Positions 38,343 to 48,212 of a stretch of DNA of 64,000 nucleotides are shown here, one piece after another. The first letter of the stretch is position 1. The number at the start of each line of letters is the position of its first letter. The notes under the pieces were generated by a model. It was not told where the DNA came from and made no database searches. It worked only from the letters and a program-made list of their open reading frames with translations. Position numbers and translations under genes: made by a program. The stretch spans positions 3,672 through 67,671 of the forward strand of contig SLKR01000042.1 in the NCBI GenBank assembly GCA_007134525.1, read 5' to 3'. The stretch comes from Bacteroidales bacterium (lineage in GTDB: Bacteria; Bacteroidota; Bacteroidia; Bacteroidales; UBA7960).

Positions 38343-38945
38343 TCAGGGCCTCTTACAGAGCATATCCAACAGCTCTGAATAAACTTTGTGTACCGGAAGG
38401 CCCATCACATTGTGGTACGAGCCCTGTATCCCGCTTATCCCGATATACCCGATCCACTCCTGGATTCCATAGGCTCCTGCCTTGTCAAAGGGGGAGCAGC
38501 TGTCAATATAGTATCTTATTTCGTCACTCCTGAGCTCTCTGAAACTGACAAGGGAGTAGTCGTGAAATATCCTTTCATCATCCAGTTTTCGCATGCATAC
38601 ACCCGTATACACCTCATGTGTACTGCCTGAAAGGGCTGTCAACATTTTGAAGGCTTCGCTTTCGTCGCCGGGTTTGTTTATAATATCCCCTTTGTGCACC
38701 ACTATTGTGTCGGCTGTAATAACCAATTTACCGGGGTCTTTCAGCTCCTGTTCAAAACATGCCGCCTTTTGTCTGCAAAGGTATTTTACAACCTCCAAAG
38801 GGGGCAGGTAACCAGGGAAAACTTCTGGCACAGGCCTTGCCATGACACGGAAAGGGATCCTTGCACCTTCCATCAGGAGTTTTCTGCGGGGCGACTGGGA
38901 TCCTAATATTATATCATATCTGCCGAAACAGTCAAGACACTTCAT
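38343..38945 (-). CDS. maf: Maf family nucleoside-triphosphate pyrophosphatase
   Basis: ILGSQSPRRKLL motif and the C-terminal GAYGIQ motif. 200 aa. Confidence 0.9.
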   Translation of the reverse strand: MKCLDCFGRYDIILGSQSPRRKLLMEGARIPFRVMARPVPEVFPGYLPPLEVVKYLCRQKAACFEQELKDPGKLVITADTIVVHKGDIINKPGDESEAFKMLTALSGSTHEVYTGVCMRKLDDERIFHDYSLVSFRELRSDEIRYYIDSCSPFDKAGAYGIQEWIGYIGISGIQGSYHNVMGLPVHKVYSELLDMLCKRP

Positions 38946-38958
38946 ATCTGATTACTGT

Positions 38959-39480
38959 TTACCAGTGGAAGCCATCATCATCAAACCAGGTACCATGTAC
39001 TTTCATCACCTGCTCAATTACATCGCGCACACAGCCCTGTCCGCCATTAAAGGAGGATATATAAAGTGATATCTCCTTAATCTCCTCAACAGCGTCGGCA
39101 GGGCAAACCGGGAGACCTACACTTTTCATCACCTTATAGTCGGGTATATCGTCGCCCATATATAATATCCTTGATGGATCAAGGCCCTCCTTTTTGATGA
39201 TAGTCTCAAACACCTCAAGCTTGTTTCCGATACCAAGATGCACGTCATTGATACCCAGTAGTTTGAAACGCTTCCTGACAGCCTCGCATCTTCCGCCGGA
39301 TATCACAATTATCCGGTATGACTTTCTTTGTGCCAGCTGCAGGGCATATCCGTCCTTCACATTCATGCTCCTAAGCATATCTCCCTGACGGCTGAGCAAT
39401 ACCGTGCCGCTTGTCATTACACCGTCAACATCAAAAACGAATGTATCAATTTTGGAAAGTAGTTGTTTATAATTGGTCAT
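38959..39480 (-). CDS. kdsC: 3-deoxy-D-manno-octulosonate 8-phosphate phosphatase (HAD-IIIA)
   Basis: FVFDVDGVMTSG DxDG motif and YMGDDIPD. 173 aa. Confidence 0.85.
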   Translation of the reverse strand: MTNYKQLLSKIDTFVFDVDGVMTSGTVLLSRQGDMLRSMNVKDGYALQLAQRKSYRIIVISGGRCEAVRKRFKLLGINDVHLGIGNKLEVFETIIKKEGLDPSRILYMGDDIPDYKVMKSVGLPVCPADAVEEIKEISLYISSFNGGQGCVRDVIEQVMKVHGTWFDDDGFHW

Positions 39481-39497
39481 TGCAAAATACTGATGGG

Positions 39498-40295
39498 TTA
39501 TATTGATTTATCTTTATTATGCATCCTTCTGATGCTCTCGCTTATAATTTCATACATTCTCTTATAGTCCGGATCGGCTGACAAAGATTCAATGTGCCTG
39601 TCCATTATCTTACGGTTATCCCTTATGGCTGGTCCTGTCTGCATCTTAGACGGGTCACCCTGACTTGCTTTCCTGGCTGTTTCAATTATCAGGGGTACCA
39701 TCAGGTCAAAGCCCAGCCCATTCCTGTTAAGCAGGTCAGATGAAACTGTGTACATATGATTAACAAAATTACATGCAAATACAGCAGATATGTGCAATAC
39801 ACGTCTCTGCTCCCCGGAGATCCATTCATACCTGTCGCTCAGCCTGGAGGCCAGGGCCGACAAGTTCTCCCTGTCTGCATCCTTAGACGCTTCAAGGCAT
39901 ATAGGTACACTGGAGAAATCAACTTCAACATCCCTGGAAAATGTCTGCAGGGGGTATATAACACCCCGCCTGTCGCTGGCCGGGGCCAAAACATCCATAT
40001 CGGTGCTTCCTGATGTATGAACCACAAGTTTACCCTTATGGGGAAATACCTTTGCAAGCTCTCCGATAGCATCATCAGTAACAGCAATGACGTAAAGCCC
40101 GGCTTCGCTGTCTATATCACCGTATTTTGTTGTATAGCCGCAGTTAAGCAGGGCAGCCAGACCGGATGCACTTTTCTCGCTGCGGCTGTATACCTGTAGA
40201 ATGTCCAGGCCTGCGTTCCTTAATGCCTTTCCAAGATGCGTGGCCACATTTCCGGCACCAAGGAGCACAATTTTGTCTGTCCCGCTTGTATTCAT
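39498..40295 (-). CDS. Rossmann-fold oxidoreductase-like protein with DUF2520 C-terminal domain
   Basis: Dinucleotide-binding motif VLLGAGNVATHLG. 265 aa. Confidence 0.65.
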   Translation of the reverse strand: MNTSGTDKIVLLGAGNVATHLGKALRNAGLDILQVYSRSEKSASGLAALLNCGYTTKYGDIDSEAGLYVIAVTDDAIGELAKVFPHKGKLVVHTSGSTDMDVLAPASDRRGVIYPLQTFSRDVEVDFSSVPICLEASKDADRENLSALASRLSDRYEWISGEQRRVLHISAVFACNFVNHMYTVSSDLLNRNGLGFDLMVPLIIETARKASQGDPSKMQTGPAIRDNRKIMDRHIESLSADPDYKRMYEIISESIRRMHNKDKSI

Positions 40296-40300
40296 CTTTA

Positions 40301-42694
40301 TTAAAAGGTTTTTGCGATCCTGGCTTCCCTTCTCAATTTACGGAATGATATCCAGAGGCCGGCCAGCAATATTAAAATACTGGCCCACAACAGGTTGATC
40401 AGCGGAAATATCACAGTTTTAATTATAATGAAATCCGGCTGCTCCTCATACACCTCAAGGTAAATGGTATATGGCTCATCCAGGGGCCGGGAAAACCTGA
40501 ATTTAAGGTCAAGGTCCCTTATGGTATGGTCTTCATGAATTACTGAAGATTCACTGACAATATATGAAGGGCTGATATTGTATATTTCTCCGTAGTGAGT
40601 TTCAAGCGAAAGCACCGCACTTACCCTCAGCCCTTCATTGCCGCCCTGCCCCTTGTCAATTTCAAGATCTTTGAAAAATAAATGGTTATTGTTCAGATGA
40701 GCGGTATCCCCAACCGAAATCACCATCTCCTCTATGAGTGTAAACGGCTCGTTATTATCTCTTTCCGAAAGGTCCGCAAAGCTTACATAGGTAAATATAT
40801 CCCTGAACGGATACACCCTGGCATAAGGTTCGTAAACATTACCCATCCTCTCGTTTAACAGTACGGAAGGATAAGATGTAAATACACGGTAAAGGTCTCC
40901 TTCCCGGTTCTTTTTGAGAAAATCGACATGGTATATGATACGGTCACCGTCAATACTGCTTCCGGAGTAACTTACGTGGTAATCACCCATTGGCAGTACC
41001 TCATCCCTGATAAGCAACAGGTTCTCGGTTTCGGAGAAGTTCTCGCCCAGGAAGTAACCGGATGTATTCTCTGAAATTGTTGTCTTTTTTGAAAAGGTTA
41101 GCAGAACTGCAAGCAAAAAGAGTGAAATGCCCAGATGAGTTACCGCTCCGCCAACACTTATATACTTCCTTTTAAAGCGGAGCAACATATCAAGGGATGA
41201 GAACAAGGCAAAAAGGGAAGCAAACAGCATCATAATATGACCGGTACCACCGATGCCATAAAATGCCAGCAATAGTATCCCGGCAACCAGTGCAGCTATG
41301 ACAGAAAAGCTTATCAGGCCAGTGAACCTGCGTATATCATTGCTGCCCCAGCGAAGAAAATGGGTCAGACCCACAAGAAGGGCTATTACTACTGCAAATG
41401 GCAGCTGCCATGTATTATAGTGTGATACAACATTGGCAGGAGGTGACAGGTCCGAACCAATCACTTTATTGATAACCGGTACAGAGGTGCTGAATATAAT
41501 CTGGAAAGCTGACAACACCAGAACAAGTGAAGCCACAAACATCCAGAAGTCGCGTGCGAATACTTTCTCACTCTCCTTTGCCGGCAGTTTGGAATAATTT
41601 CGCAAAAGCAATACCAGTCCTGCTACAAGCAGGGTGAAGAGATAGATAAGTATATGCCACCCCATTCCATCCCGGCCAAATGAGTGTACGGAGGTTTCAC
41701 TCAGAACACCGCTCCTGGTCAGATAGCTTGCATATACCACAAAAACATAGGCCAGAATTGCAAACAAAAATGCAGGGAAATAGGTATGTCTTTTTTTTCT
41801 TGCAACGAGCATGAGGTGAAGTGCCGCAACTATGATAAGCCAGGGTACCAGGGATGCATTCTCTATTGGATCCCAGGCCCAGAAACCACCAAAAGTAAGT
41901 GACTCGTAGGCCCAGACACCGCCGAGAAGTATGCCGGCCCCGAGAAAGAATACCCCGAGTACCGTCCATGGTAATGCAGGCCTAATCCAGTCGTGGAACC
42001 TCCCCCTCCACATACCTGCCAGTGAAAAACAGTAAGGTACGAGCACTGCGGCATACCCTATGAATGTAACAGGCGGGTGCGACAGCATCCAGAAATTCCG
42101 CAACAAGGGGTTAAGTCCGTTCCCGTCGGTTATAAGCGACAGGTAGTTTGGATTATGGAAAAAATGATTGTCAACGTTCTCGGGTGCAAGCCTCAACAGA
42201 AGAAAAGGGTCCATACCAATGCTTGCACCCTGGAAACGTATACCCAGAAGCATACTGACCATGAATACCTGACAAGCAGAGAATATGGTCATTGTATGCA
42301 TCTCCCACTGGCGGGAATACCTGATCAAAAATATACCGAAAACTGCCTGTGCAAGAACCCAGAAAAGCAAACTCCCCTCCTGTCCGGCCCAAAAACTGGC
42401 TAATCTGTATCCAAGGGGCAAACCGTTTTCCATATGGATCCAGACATATCGATATTCGTAAAACCTGCTCAGTAAAATATACAAAAGCATTAATGAGGCA
42501 ATCGCAATCATCAATGAGTGAAACCTGAATGCCTTCCTGGCCCAGCTTCTCCACAGTCGGTAATCTATTCTGTCGGTAGAGGTAGCTCTGTAGTATGAAA
42601 ACGCCGCGAAAATTGCTGAAAAGAATGCCAGAAAAATGGCAAAACGGCCCACATACCCCCAAAAAAGGTTTTCGCCGATATATTGTATATCCAT
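40301..42694 (-). CDS. Cytochrome c maturation heme lyase, CcmF/NrfE/CcsA family
   Basis: Trp-rich heme-handling motif GGFWAWDPIENASLVPWLIIVAALH, compared with E. coli CcmF WGGWWFWDPVENASFMPWL. About 15 TM helices plus a soluble C-terminal domain and a terminal TM helix. Confidence 0.8.
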   Translation of the reverse strand: MDIQYIGENLFWGYVGRFAIFLAFFSAIFAAFSYYRATSTDRIDYRLWRSWARKAFRFHSLMIAIASLMLLYILLSRFYEYRYVWIHMENGLPLGYRLASFWAGQEGSLLFWVLAQAVFGIFLIRYSRQWEMHTMTIFSACQVFMVSMLLGIRFQGASIGMDPFLLLRLAPENVDNHFFHNPNYLSLITDGNGLNPLLRNFWMLSHPPVTFIGYAAVLVPYCFSLAGMWRGRFHDWIRPALPWTVLGVFFLGAGILLGGVWAYESLTFGGFWAWDPIENASLVPWLIIVAALHLMLVARKKRHTYFPAFLFAILAYVFVVYASYLTRSGVLSETSVHSFGRDGMGWHILIYLFTLLVAGLVLLLRNYSKLPAKESEKVFARDFWMFVASLVLVLSAFQIIFSTSVPVINKVIGSDLSPPANVVSHYNTWQLPFAVVIALLVGLTHFLRWGSNDIRRFTGLISFSVIAALVAGILLLAFYGIGGTGHIMMLFASLFALFSSLDMLLRFKRKYISVGGAVTHLGISLFLLAVLLTFSKKTTISENTSGYFLGENFSETENLLLIRDEVLPMGDYHVSYSGSSIDGDRIIYHVDFLKKNREGDLYRVFTSYPSVLLNERMGNVYEPYARVYPFRDIFTYVSFADLSERDNNEPFTLIEEMVISVGDTAHLNNNHLFFKDLEIDKGQGGNEGLRVSAVLSLETHYGEIYNISPSYIVSESSVIHEDHTIRDLDLKFRFSRPLDEPYTIYLEVYEEQPDFIIIKTVIFPLINLLWASILILLAGLWISFRKLRREARIAKTF

Positions 42695-42714
42695 GAATTA
42701 TTAACTAGTTTATA

Positions 42715-42722
42715 CAAAAGTA
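42715..42722 (-). promoter_or_regulatory. -7 box (TActTTTG on the minus strand) for the ccmF-like gene
   Basis: Exact TAnnTTTG match 20 nt upstream of the start codon at 42694. Confidence 0.35.
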
Positions 42723-42750
42723 AATGAATTTTTTATTTAGGAAATTCATT
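42723..42750 (-). terminator. AT-rich 9-bp hairpin after the S8 peptidase gene
   Basis: AATGAATTT / AAATTCATT perfect inverted repeat with a 10-nt loop, 17 nt after the stop codon. It is weak and AT-only, so function is uncertain. Confidence 0.25.
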
Positions 42751-42766
42751 CCGATAACTGCCTTAA

Positions 42767-45631
42767 TTACTTCCTTTTTATTATCATTTCAGAGGCATTT
42801 ACCTGAGGGCCGCTTATTTTCAGAAGGTATAACCCGCTCTGGCTTCCGGCACCGTTAAGTCCGATGATATAACGGCCCCCCTGATCCGGAATCAACCTGC
42901 TGCTTTTCACCAATCTTCCCTGTATGTCAAAAACTCTCAACAGGTGCTCAACAGATATACCCCTGCCAATATCAATCGTGAATACATCATTGAAAGGATT
43001 CGGATATATGACAATATCATCGGGGTAAGTCAGGGTTGCTTCGAGCGGTTTATCCTCAATCATACTGTAGTAGTCCGCTGCCCTGAATGTATTGCCGGTC
43101 ATTGTTTCAAGGTCTTCAGCCAACTGGACAGCAAATGCCAGGCTCAGGGTATCGCCCGGGGCCAGTATGTGTGGTCCGCTGCCTATCAGTGAAGAGATAC
43201 TGTTATCCTCTTTGTAACTTCCTGCTTGCATACGGTTTGAGGTAAGCGCGGTAAACTTCTTAAAGTCTGTAAACCCATTGTTTATCCTTATACTCCCTCC
43301 ACTACCCTGGTTGTCAAAGGCATAATGCCTGAGCGGCATGTGGTTGAGAAGCTGCAATCCCGCGTAATTCCCCCCTTCTTCTGAATAACTGTAGGCAAGC
43401 CTGGTTGCCACATCGATTGCAGCCCTGTGCTGTTTATTGTCCCTCAGAACCCAGTCGGCAAAAAACCCGATATAAAGGGATCCAAACTCTACTGCTGACT
43501 CATTTATTATATCATAGTCAATTATGAAGAAATCTTCAGGTACATCATCATTCCAGAAATATGCATTGTAATTGACAACAATACCAAGGGGTCTTTTGCC
43601 GCTTTCAGAGAGATCAGACAGGCTTCCGCTGACCTTTACCGGAGCAATGGGATTATCATAGCTTATAACGGGAAGTGTAAGAGGATGCAGGCTGTTGCTG
43701 AAGCTGGCTGAATCAGCGCCATAGATATTGTCTGCAACCTCAAATACACTGTTGGCTATAAGAATTCCTGCACAACTTACTGCTGTATAACCGTTTCTGT
43801 AGATCAGCCCCCTGCCCTGGGAGTAGTCAGGATAATTGAAGCCAATTGCACCTCTGGATGATATTGTAGTGCTAATTGGCCCGGCATCAATATTCACATA
43901 GTCTGCGTTAAGTATCCTGCTGAACGACTGCCTGCCTGCAAGCCGGTTATCAGAGTCATAAAACCGAAGGGTGAACACAACATCGTGGTTTGCAGGAATA
44001 TCTCCGGAAACACTTATTATAAATGGATCTTCAGTATTATCAAAGGTCTCGTATGTTGAAAGTGGCCCTATAAACAAAGTGTCTGAGAGAACCTCTGTCA
44101 ATTCGCAATCAGTTTCGAGTACGGCCCTTAAGATTCCTGACGACGACAGCAGGTTCTTCATCCTGAATGACAGATCAAGTTGCTGTCCTGGTCTAAGCGA
44201 TAAAAACTCATCCTCAGGCTGAAGGTATTCACAGACTGTGATATAAGGGCGGTGATCCTCTGTCAGTGAACGAAAAAGGTTGATGCGTCCATACCCGAGC
44301 TGCCCCCGGTATTCACCGTTGTCTTCAACTTCATCTGTGCTGTCGGCCGTTATCTTCATCAAGGCGGCTATCTGCATTGCATCCATCTCAGGAAAGAATG
44401 ACCTCAGTATCGCAGCTGCTCCGGCAACTACTGGCGCTGCCATAGAGGTACCTCCCGAAAACAAATAAGTGTCGTTTACCCAGGTTGACAACATCCTTAC
44501 CCCGGGTGCGGTAAGATCAACATACGGGCCGTAACTAGAAAAACCTGTTTTGCTGTCAAGGCTGTCAACAGCTGCAACACTCAATACATTCTCCAGTGAA
44601 GCAGGATAAAATGGGTCATCATTCCCGGAATTTCCTGCAGCAGCAACCACAAGCGCATCCTGGTTCAATACCGCATAGTCGATTATATCACTGGCAAATG
44701 GACCCGGGTTGAAGTGACTGCCCCATGAGCAGTTTATTACTGATGCACCCTGGTCGGCAGCATAAACAATGCCCTCATAAGCCCTCACCAGCCGGCCGAA
44801 CTCATCATCGACCTTGACGGGCAGGAACTTCGAATGGTACCCTACACCTGCAATTCCAATCCCATTATCGGGGGTTGCTGCAGCAATGCCGGAAACGTGC
44901 AGCCCGTGCGCTGAATTATTGAAGCTTGGGTCATTGTTCCCCTCGCCAAGATCCCAACCGTAAAAATTGTCAACATACCCGTCCCCGTCTGAATCCTCAC
45001 CATTTACCGGGTCATTATAATTGTATTTGATCGCTTCTGCAAGATCGGGGTGAGTCAGTGAAACACCGGTGTCAACTATCCCTATCACTGTATTTGTATC
45101 ACCCCGGCTTATTGCCCAGGCACTGAATGCTTCAATACTCTCAAGGTAATACTGGTCGGGGAGCAGTGGGTCGTCCGGATAATGCATATCTGGAACTTCG
45201 TATGTAAAATTCATAAGCTCCGGCAAATAGCGTTTCTGAACATATTCAACCATACCTGTTGAAGCTATCTCCCTGATAAGCTCATTGGCCGACCTGTCGC
45301 TTCCTGTAACAACTTCATAAATCCTTGAAAGGTCGGCAAAAGGCCTTCCCGAAGGATGGTATTTTACCGCAGGGGCTCTGTGATCCGGAAATAACCTGTA
45401 CGGCCCGTCAAGGGCCTTTTGATTGAAAATTCCCGACAGCAGTAGTGGCAGTCCTTTTTCATCCTTCTGTACACCATGCAACCCCTCCCTTAACTTGAAT
45501 ATTACATGCCCCGGCAAAACTGCACTGCCTTCACCCTCATAACGGGATGGGGCTTCTGCCGTTGACTGAAGCAGCGGAAAAAGAGAATATAAAAGGACAA
45601 TAACCAATATCCGTTTCACATAGATTGACAT
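42767..45631 (-). CDS. S8 subtilisin-like serine peptidase, secreted, T9SS cargo
   Basis: Catalytic triad contexts IGIVDTGV (Asp), HGLHVSGI (His), GGTSMAAP (Ser). Signal peptide present. C-terminal CTD. Confidence 0.9.
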   Translation of the reverse strand: MSIYVKRILVIVLLYSLFPLLQSTAEAPSRYEGEGSAVLPGHVIFKLREGLHGVQKDEKGLPLLLSGIFNQKALDGPYRLFPDHRAPAVKYHPSGRPFADLSRIYEVVTGSDRSANELIREIASTGMVEYVQKRYLPELMNFTYEVPDMHYPDDPLLPDQYYLESIEAFSAWAISRGDTNTVIGIVDTGVSLTHPDLAEAIKYNYNDPVNGEDSDGDGYVDNFYGWDLGEGNNDPSFNNSAHGLHVSGIAAATPDNGIGIAGVGYHSKFLPVKVDDEFGRLVRAYEGIVYAADQGASVINCSWGSHFNPGPFASDIIDYAVLNQDALVVAAAGNSGNDDPFYPASLENVLSVAAVDSLDSKTGFSSYGPYVDLTAPGVRMLSTWVNDTYLFSGGTSMAAPVVAGAAAILRSFFPEMDAMQIAALMKITADSTDEVEDNGEYRGQLGYGRINLFRSLTEDHRPYITVCEYLQPEDEFLSLRPGQQLDLSFRMKNLLSSSGILRAVLETDCELTEVLSDTLFIGPLSTYETFDNTEDPFIISVSGDIPANHDVVFTLRFYDSDNRLAGRQSFSRILNADYVNIDAGPISTTISSRGAIGFNYPDYSQGRGLIYRNGYTAVSCAGILIANSVFEVADNIYGADSASFSNSLHPLTLPVISYDNPIAPVKVSGSLSDLSESGKRPLGIVVNYNAYFWNDDVPEDFFIIDYDIINESAVEFGSLYIGFFADWVLRDNKQHRAAIDVATRLAYSYSEEGGNYAGLQLLNHMPLRHYAFDNQGSGGSIRINNGFTDFKKFTALTSNRMQAGSYKEDNSISSLIGSGPHILAPGDTLSLAFAVQLAEDLETMTGNTFRAADYYSMIEDKPLEATLTYPDDIVIYPNPFNDVFTIDIGRGISVEHLLRVFDIQGRLVKSSRLIPDQGGRYIIGLNGAGSQSGLYLLKISGPQVNASEMIIKRK
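42770..43015 (-). other. T9SS C-terminal sorting domain of the S8 peptidase
   Basis: IVIYPNPFNDVFTIDIG...GLYLLKISGPQVNASEMIIKRK. Confidence 0.75.
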
Positions 45632-45641
45632 TATCGCTCTG

Positions 45642-46097
45642 TTATGTGTTCAGGTCTTTGTAGCAGGGCACATGGTCAAGAAAGAGCCAGGTTCCGGCCC
45701 CGGTTTCTCTTTTGCAGCAGTAGTGCTCCATTCCGTTTGTAACCACCAGGTAGGATACACCAAAACCATAGTTGTAGCCAGCTATCTGGTCAAAAACCTC
45801 CTTTGTTATCTTTATACCGGCAGCCTTGCACTCAATTATCATTAGTGGCTTTCCTGACCTGCCGAATACTATCGCATCAGCCCGTTTAGGCAATTTATTG
45901 TACCTGAGCCCCGCCTCAACTGCAATAAGCGCCTTTGGGTATCCCCTTTCAATACTAAGCCACCACAGAAAGTTCTGTCTTACCCATTCCTCGGGTGTAA
46001 GCTTTACATAAGCCTTGCGGAAAATATCCCAAACATATGGTTTACCGTCCTTGTCAATGATTTTTATGGGAAAGTCCGGAAGGTTAAGTTCTTGCAT
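45642..46097 (-). CDS. HsdR N-terminal (PD-(D/E)xK-like) domain protein
   Basis: 151 aa. Stand-alone HSDR_N-type domain (ADAIVF...PLMIIECK). No R-M partners are nearby. Confidence 0.6.
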   Translation of the reverse strand: MQELNLPDFPIKIIDKDGKPYVWDIFRKAYVKLTPEEWVRQNFLWWLSIERGYPKALIAVEAGLRYNKLPKRADAIVFGRSGKPLMIIECKAAGIKITKEVFDQIAGYNYGFGVSYLVVTNGMEHYCCKRETGAGTWLFLDHVPCYKDLNT

Positions 46098-46134
46098 ATT
46101 AATTCAGGCCGCAGTGGCGATGACAGTCTATATA

Positions 46135-46142
46135 CAAATATA
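46135..46142 (-). promoter_or_regulatory. -7 box (TAtaTTTG on the minus strand) for the HsdR_N / S8 peptidase unit
   Basis: Exact TAnnTTTG match 37 nt upstream of the start at 46097. Confidence 0.3.
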
Positions 46143-46219
46143 CGTGAATAATTCTTCCTGGAAATAAGAAGCGTTTCCTTAAATATTGGCAAAACAGGTA
46201 ATGGGTTATAATTATTCAC

Positions 46220-46227
46220 TATTTTTG
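46220..46227 (+). promoter_or_regulatory. -7 box (TAttTTTG) for holA
   Basis: Exact TAnnTTTG match 20 nt upstream of the ATG at 46248. Confidence 0.35.
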
Positions 46228-46247
46228 CTCAAGTCAAATCTTTTCCA

Positions 46248-47255
46248 ATGCCGGAACTCGATAACAAAAGCATACTGAGGGATATACGCAATAAGGTACT
46301 TTACCCTTTATATTTCCTGATGGGAGAAGAGACATACTTTATTGATGTAATTGCCAATGAACTTGAAGACAATGTGCTTACGGAATCAGAAAAGGAGTTC
46401 AATCTGAGCATTCTATACGGCAAAGACACAGATGTCTCCACAATTATAAGCACTGCAAAAAGGTATCCCATGATGGCAAGCCACAATCTTGTGATCATAA
46501 GGGAGGCACATCACATTAAAGACATTGATGGTTTTTTGCCATACATTACCAACCCGCTTGATTCAACCATACTGGTTATATGTTACAAATACAAGAAAAT
46601 AGACAAAAGGAGCAAGCTTTTCAAATCAATGAATAAGGCCGGGGTTATCTTCCACGGCAGGAAACTTTACGACAATCAGGTGCCTGGATGGATTGCAGCT
46701 TATGTGAAACAAAACGGTTACAATATATCCCCGCCGGCGATGCAAATGCTTGCCGACCACCTTGGATCAGATCTTGGCAAGATAGTCAATGAATTAAAGA
46801 AACTATTTATCAACCTGAAAAAGGGCAGCGAGATAGACAAAAGGGCAATAGAGGAGAACATCGGGATCAGCAAGGATTATAATATTTTTGAGTTTCAGAA
46901 TGCCCTCGGAGCCCGTGACAGCAAAAGGGCATTCAGGGTTGCAAAATACTTTGCAGATAATCCGAAGTCAAACCCATTTGTTATGACCACCGGGGTTTTA
47001 TACCAGTTTTTCTCGAAGGTACTTCTGTACCACAGCCTGAAAGACAAAAAACAGCAAAGTGCAGCATCTGAACTGGGAATACACCCTTTCTTCGTAAAGG
47101 ACTACGAAATGGCTGCAAAGAACTACAAGCCTGAAAAGATTCTGCGGATCTTCTCAGAAATGAGGGATTATGACCTCAGGTCAAAGGGCCTTGGCAACGA
47201 AACTACCGGCAGCGGTGAACTTTTGCGGGAACTCACTTACAAGATACTTAACTAA
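46248..47255 (+). CDS. holA: DNA polymerase III delta subunit
   Basis: 335 aa. The N-terminal clamp-loader delta layout (YFLMGEETYFID...) matches, as do size and context. Confidence 0.8.
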   Translation: MPELDNKSILRDIRNKVLYPLYFLMGEETYFIDVIANELEDNVLTESEKEFNLSILYGKDTDVSTIISTAKRYPMMASHNLVIIREAHHIKDIDGFLPYITNPLDSTILVICYKYKKIDKRSKLFKSMNKAGVIFHGRKLYDNQVPGWIAAYVKQNGYNISPPAMQMLADHLGSDLGKIVNELKKLFINLKKGSEIDKRAIEENIGISKDYNIFEFQNALGARDSKRAFRVAKYFADNPKSNPFVMTTGVLYQFFSKVLLYHSLKDKKQQSAASELGIHPFFVKDYEMAAKNYKPEKILRIFSEMRDYDLRSKGLGNETTGSGELLRELTYKILN

Positions 47256-47282
47256 AAACGCGTAAACCAAATAAATGCCGTT

Positions 47283-47693
47283 ATGAATTTCTGGCTGGTA
47301 AAGAGTGAACCATCTGAGTATTCGTGGGAGAGATTCAAAAAGGAAGAACACGCAACGTGGGAAGGCGTAAGGAATTACCAGGCCAGAAACAACCTGAAGT
47401 CGATGAAGAAAGGCGACCTGGTGCTGTTTTATCACAGCGTTTCAGACAGGAGTGTAATTGGGATAGCAAAGGTCGTCAGGGAGTCTTACCCCGACCCTAC
47501 CGCCGGCGACAACAAGGGCTGGGTAGTGGTTGACCTGGTTCCTGAAAAAGACCTTGAAAAGCCCGTCAGCCTTTCAATGATAAAGTCAGACCCCAGGCTT
47601 GCAAACATTGCCCTGATAAAACAGGGCAGACTTTCAGTAATGCCTCTGAAACGGGAGGAGTTCGATGCGATCGTAGAACTGGGCTCCCGATAA
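47283..47693 (+). CDS. EVE (PUA-like) domain protein
   Basis: 136 aa. Begins MNFWLVKSEP...WEGVRNYQARNNL...GDLVLFYHS, which is typical of EVE/DUF55. Confidence 0.8.
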   Translation: MNFWLVKSEPSEYSWERFKKEEHATWEGVRNYQARNNLKSMKKGDLVLFYHSVSDRSVIGIAKVVRESYPDPTAGDNKGWVVVDLVPEKDLEKPVSLSMIKSDPRLANIALIKQGRLSVMPLKREEFDAIVELGSR

Positions 47694-47711
47694 TTATAAA
47701 AAACTAAGGCA

Positions 47712-48203
47712 ATGAACATCCTGGACATTGTAATCGCGGTGATCCTTTTGCTTGGAGCGGCAAGGGGGTTTCAGAAAGGCTTCTTTCACGAGGCAGCAAC
47801 TCTGGTGGGCCTTGTAGCCGGTGTCTTTATCGCCATATTGGCCGCCAATATCGTTGCCAACATATCAGAAAACCTTTTTGAGTGGAATATTCAGCTGGTC
47901 AGGGTAATTGTATTCATTATTGTATTCATTATAGTTGTTGCCCTGATACGCTTGCTGGGCGCAATGCTTACAAGCCTTTTCAAGGCTCTTCTGCTGGGAT
48001 TTGTAAACAGGCTTGCCGGTTTTGTTACGGGAGGGGTGAAATGGGGGCTTATACTGGCCCTTCTCTTTATGCTGATAGAATTTACTGACACAACAAACAG
48101 AATTATATCCGAGGAAACAGTATCCGGAAGCCTGCTTTACCCCCTTCTGGAAAGGCTTTACCTGCTTATAACAGATGCAATTGGGTTTAATGCGCTTGGC
48201 TGA
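47712..48203 (+). CDS. cvpA: CvpA family membrane protein
   Basis: 163 aa with 4 TM helices. The N-terminus ILDIVIAVILLLGAARGFQKGF is typical of CvpA. Confidence 0.75.
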   Translation: MNILDIVIAVILLLGAARGFQKGFFHEAATLVGLVAGVFIAILAANIVANISENLFEWNIQLVRVIVFIIVFIIVVALIRLLGAMLTSLFKALLLGFVNRLAGFVTGGVKWGLILALLFMLIEFTDTTNRIISEETVSGSLLYPLLERLYLLITDAIGFNALG

Positions 48204-48212
48204 TTTTCCGGT

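Noticed and set aside
45642-47693. Possible defence island, because an HsdR N-terminal domain protein and an EVE (modified-base reader) domain protein lie within 2 kb of each other.
   Set aside because: Both are small single-domain proteins flanking holA and cvpA in a housekeeping context. No methyltransferase, specificity subunit, helicase/nuclease or other effector is present, and I could see no compositional break.
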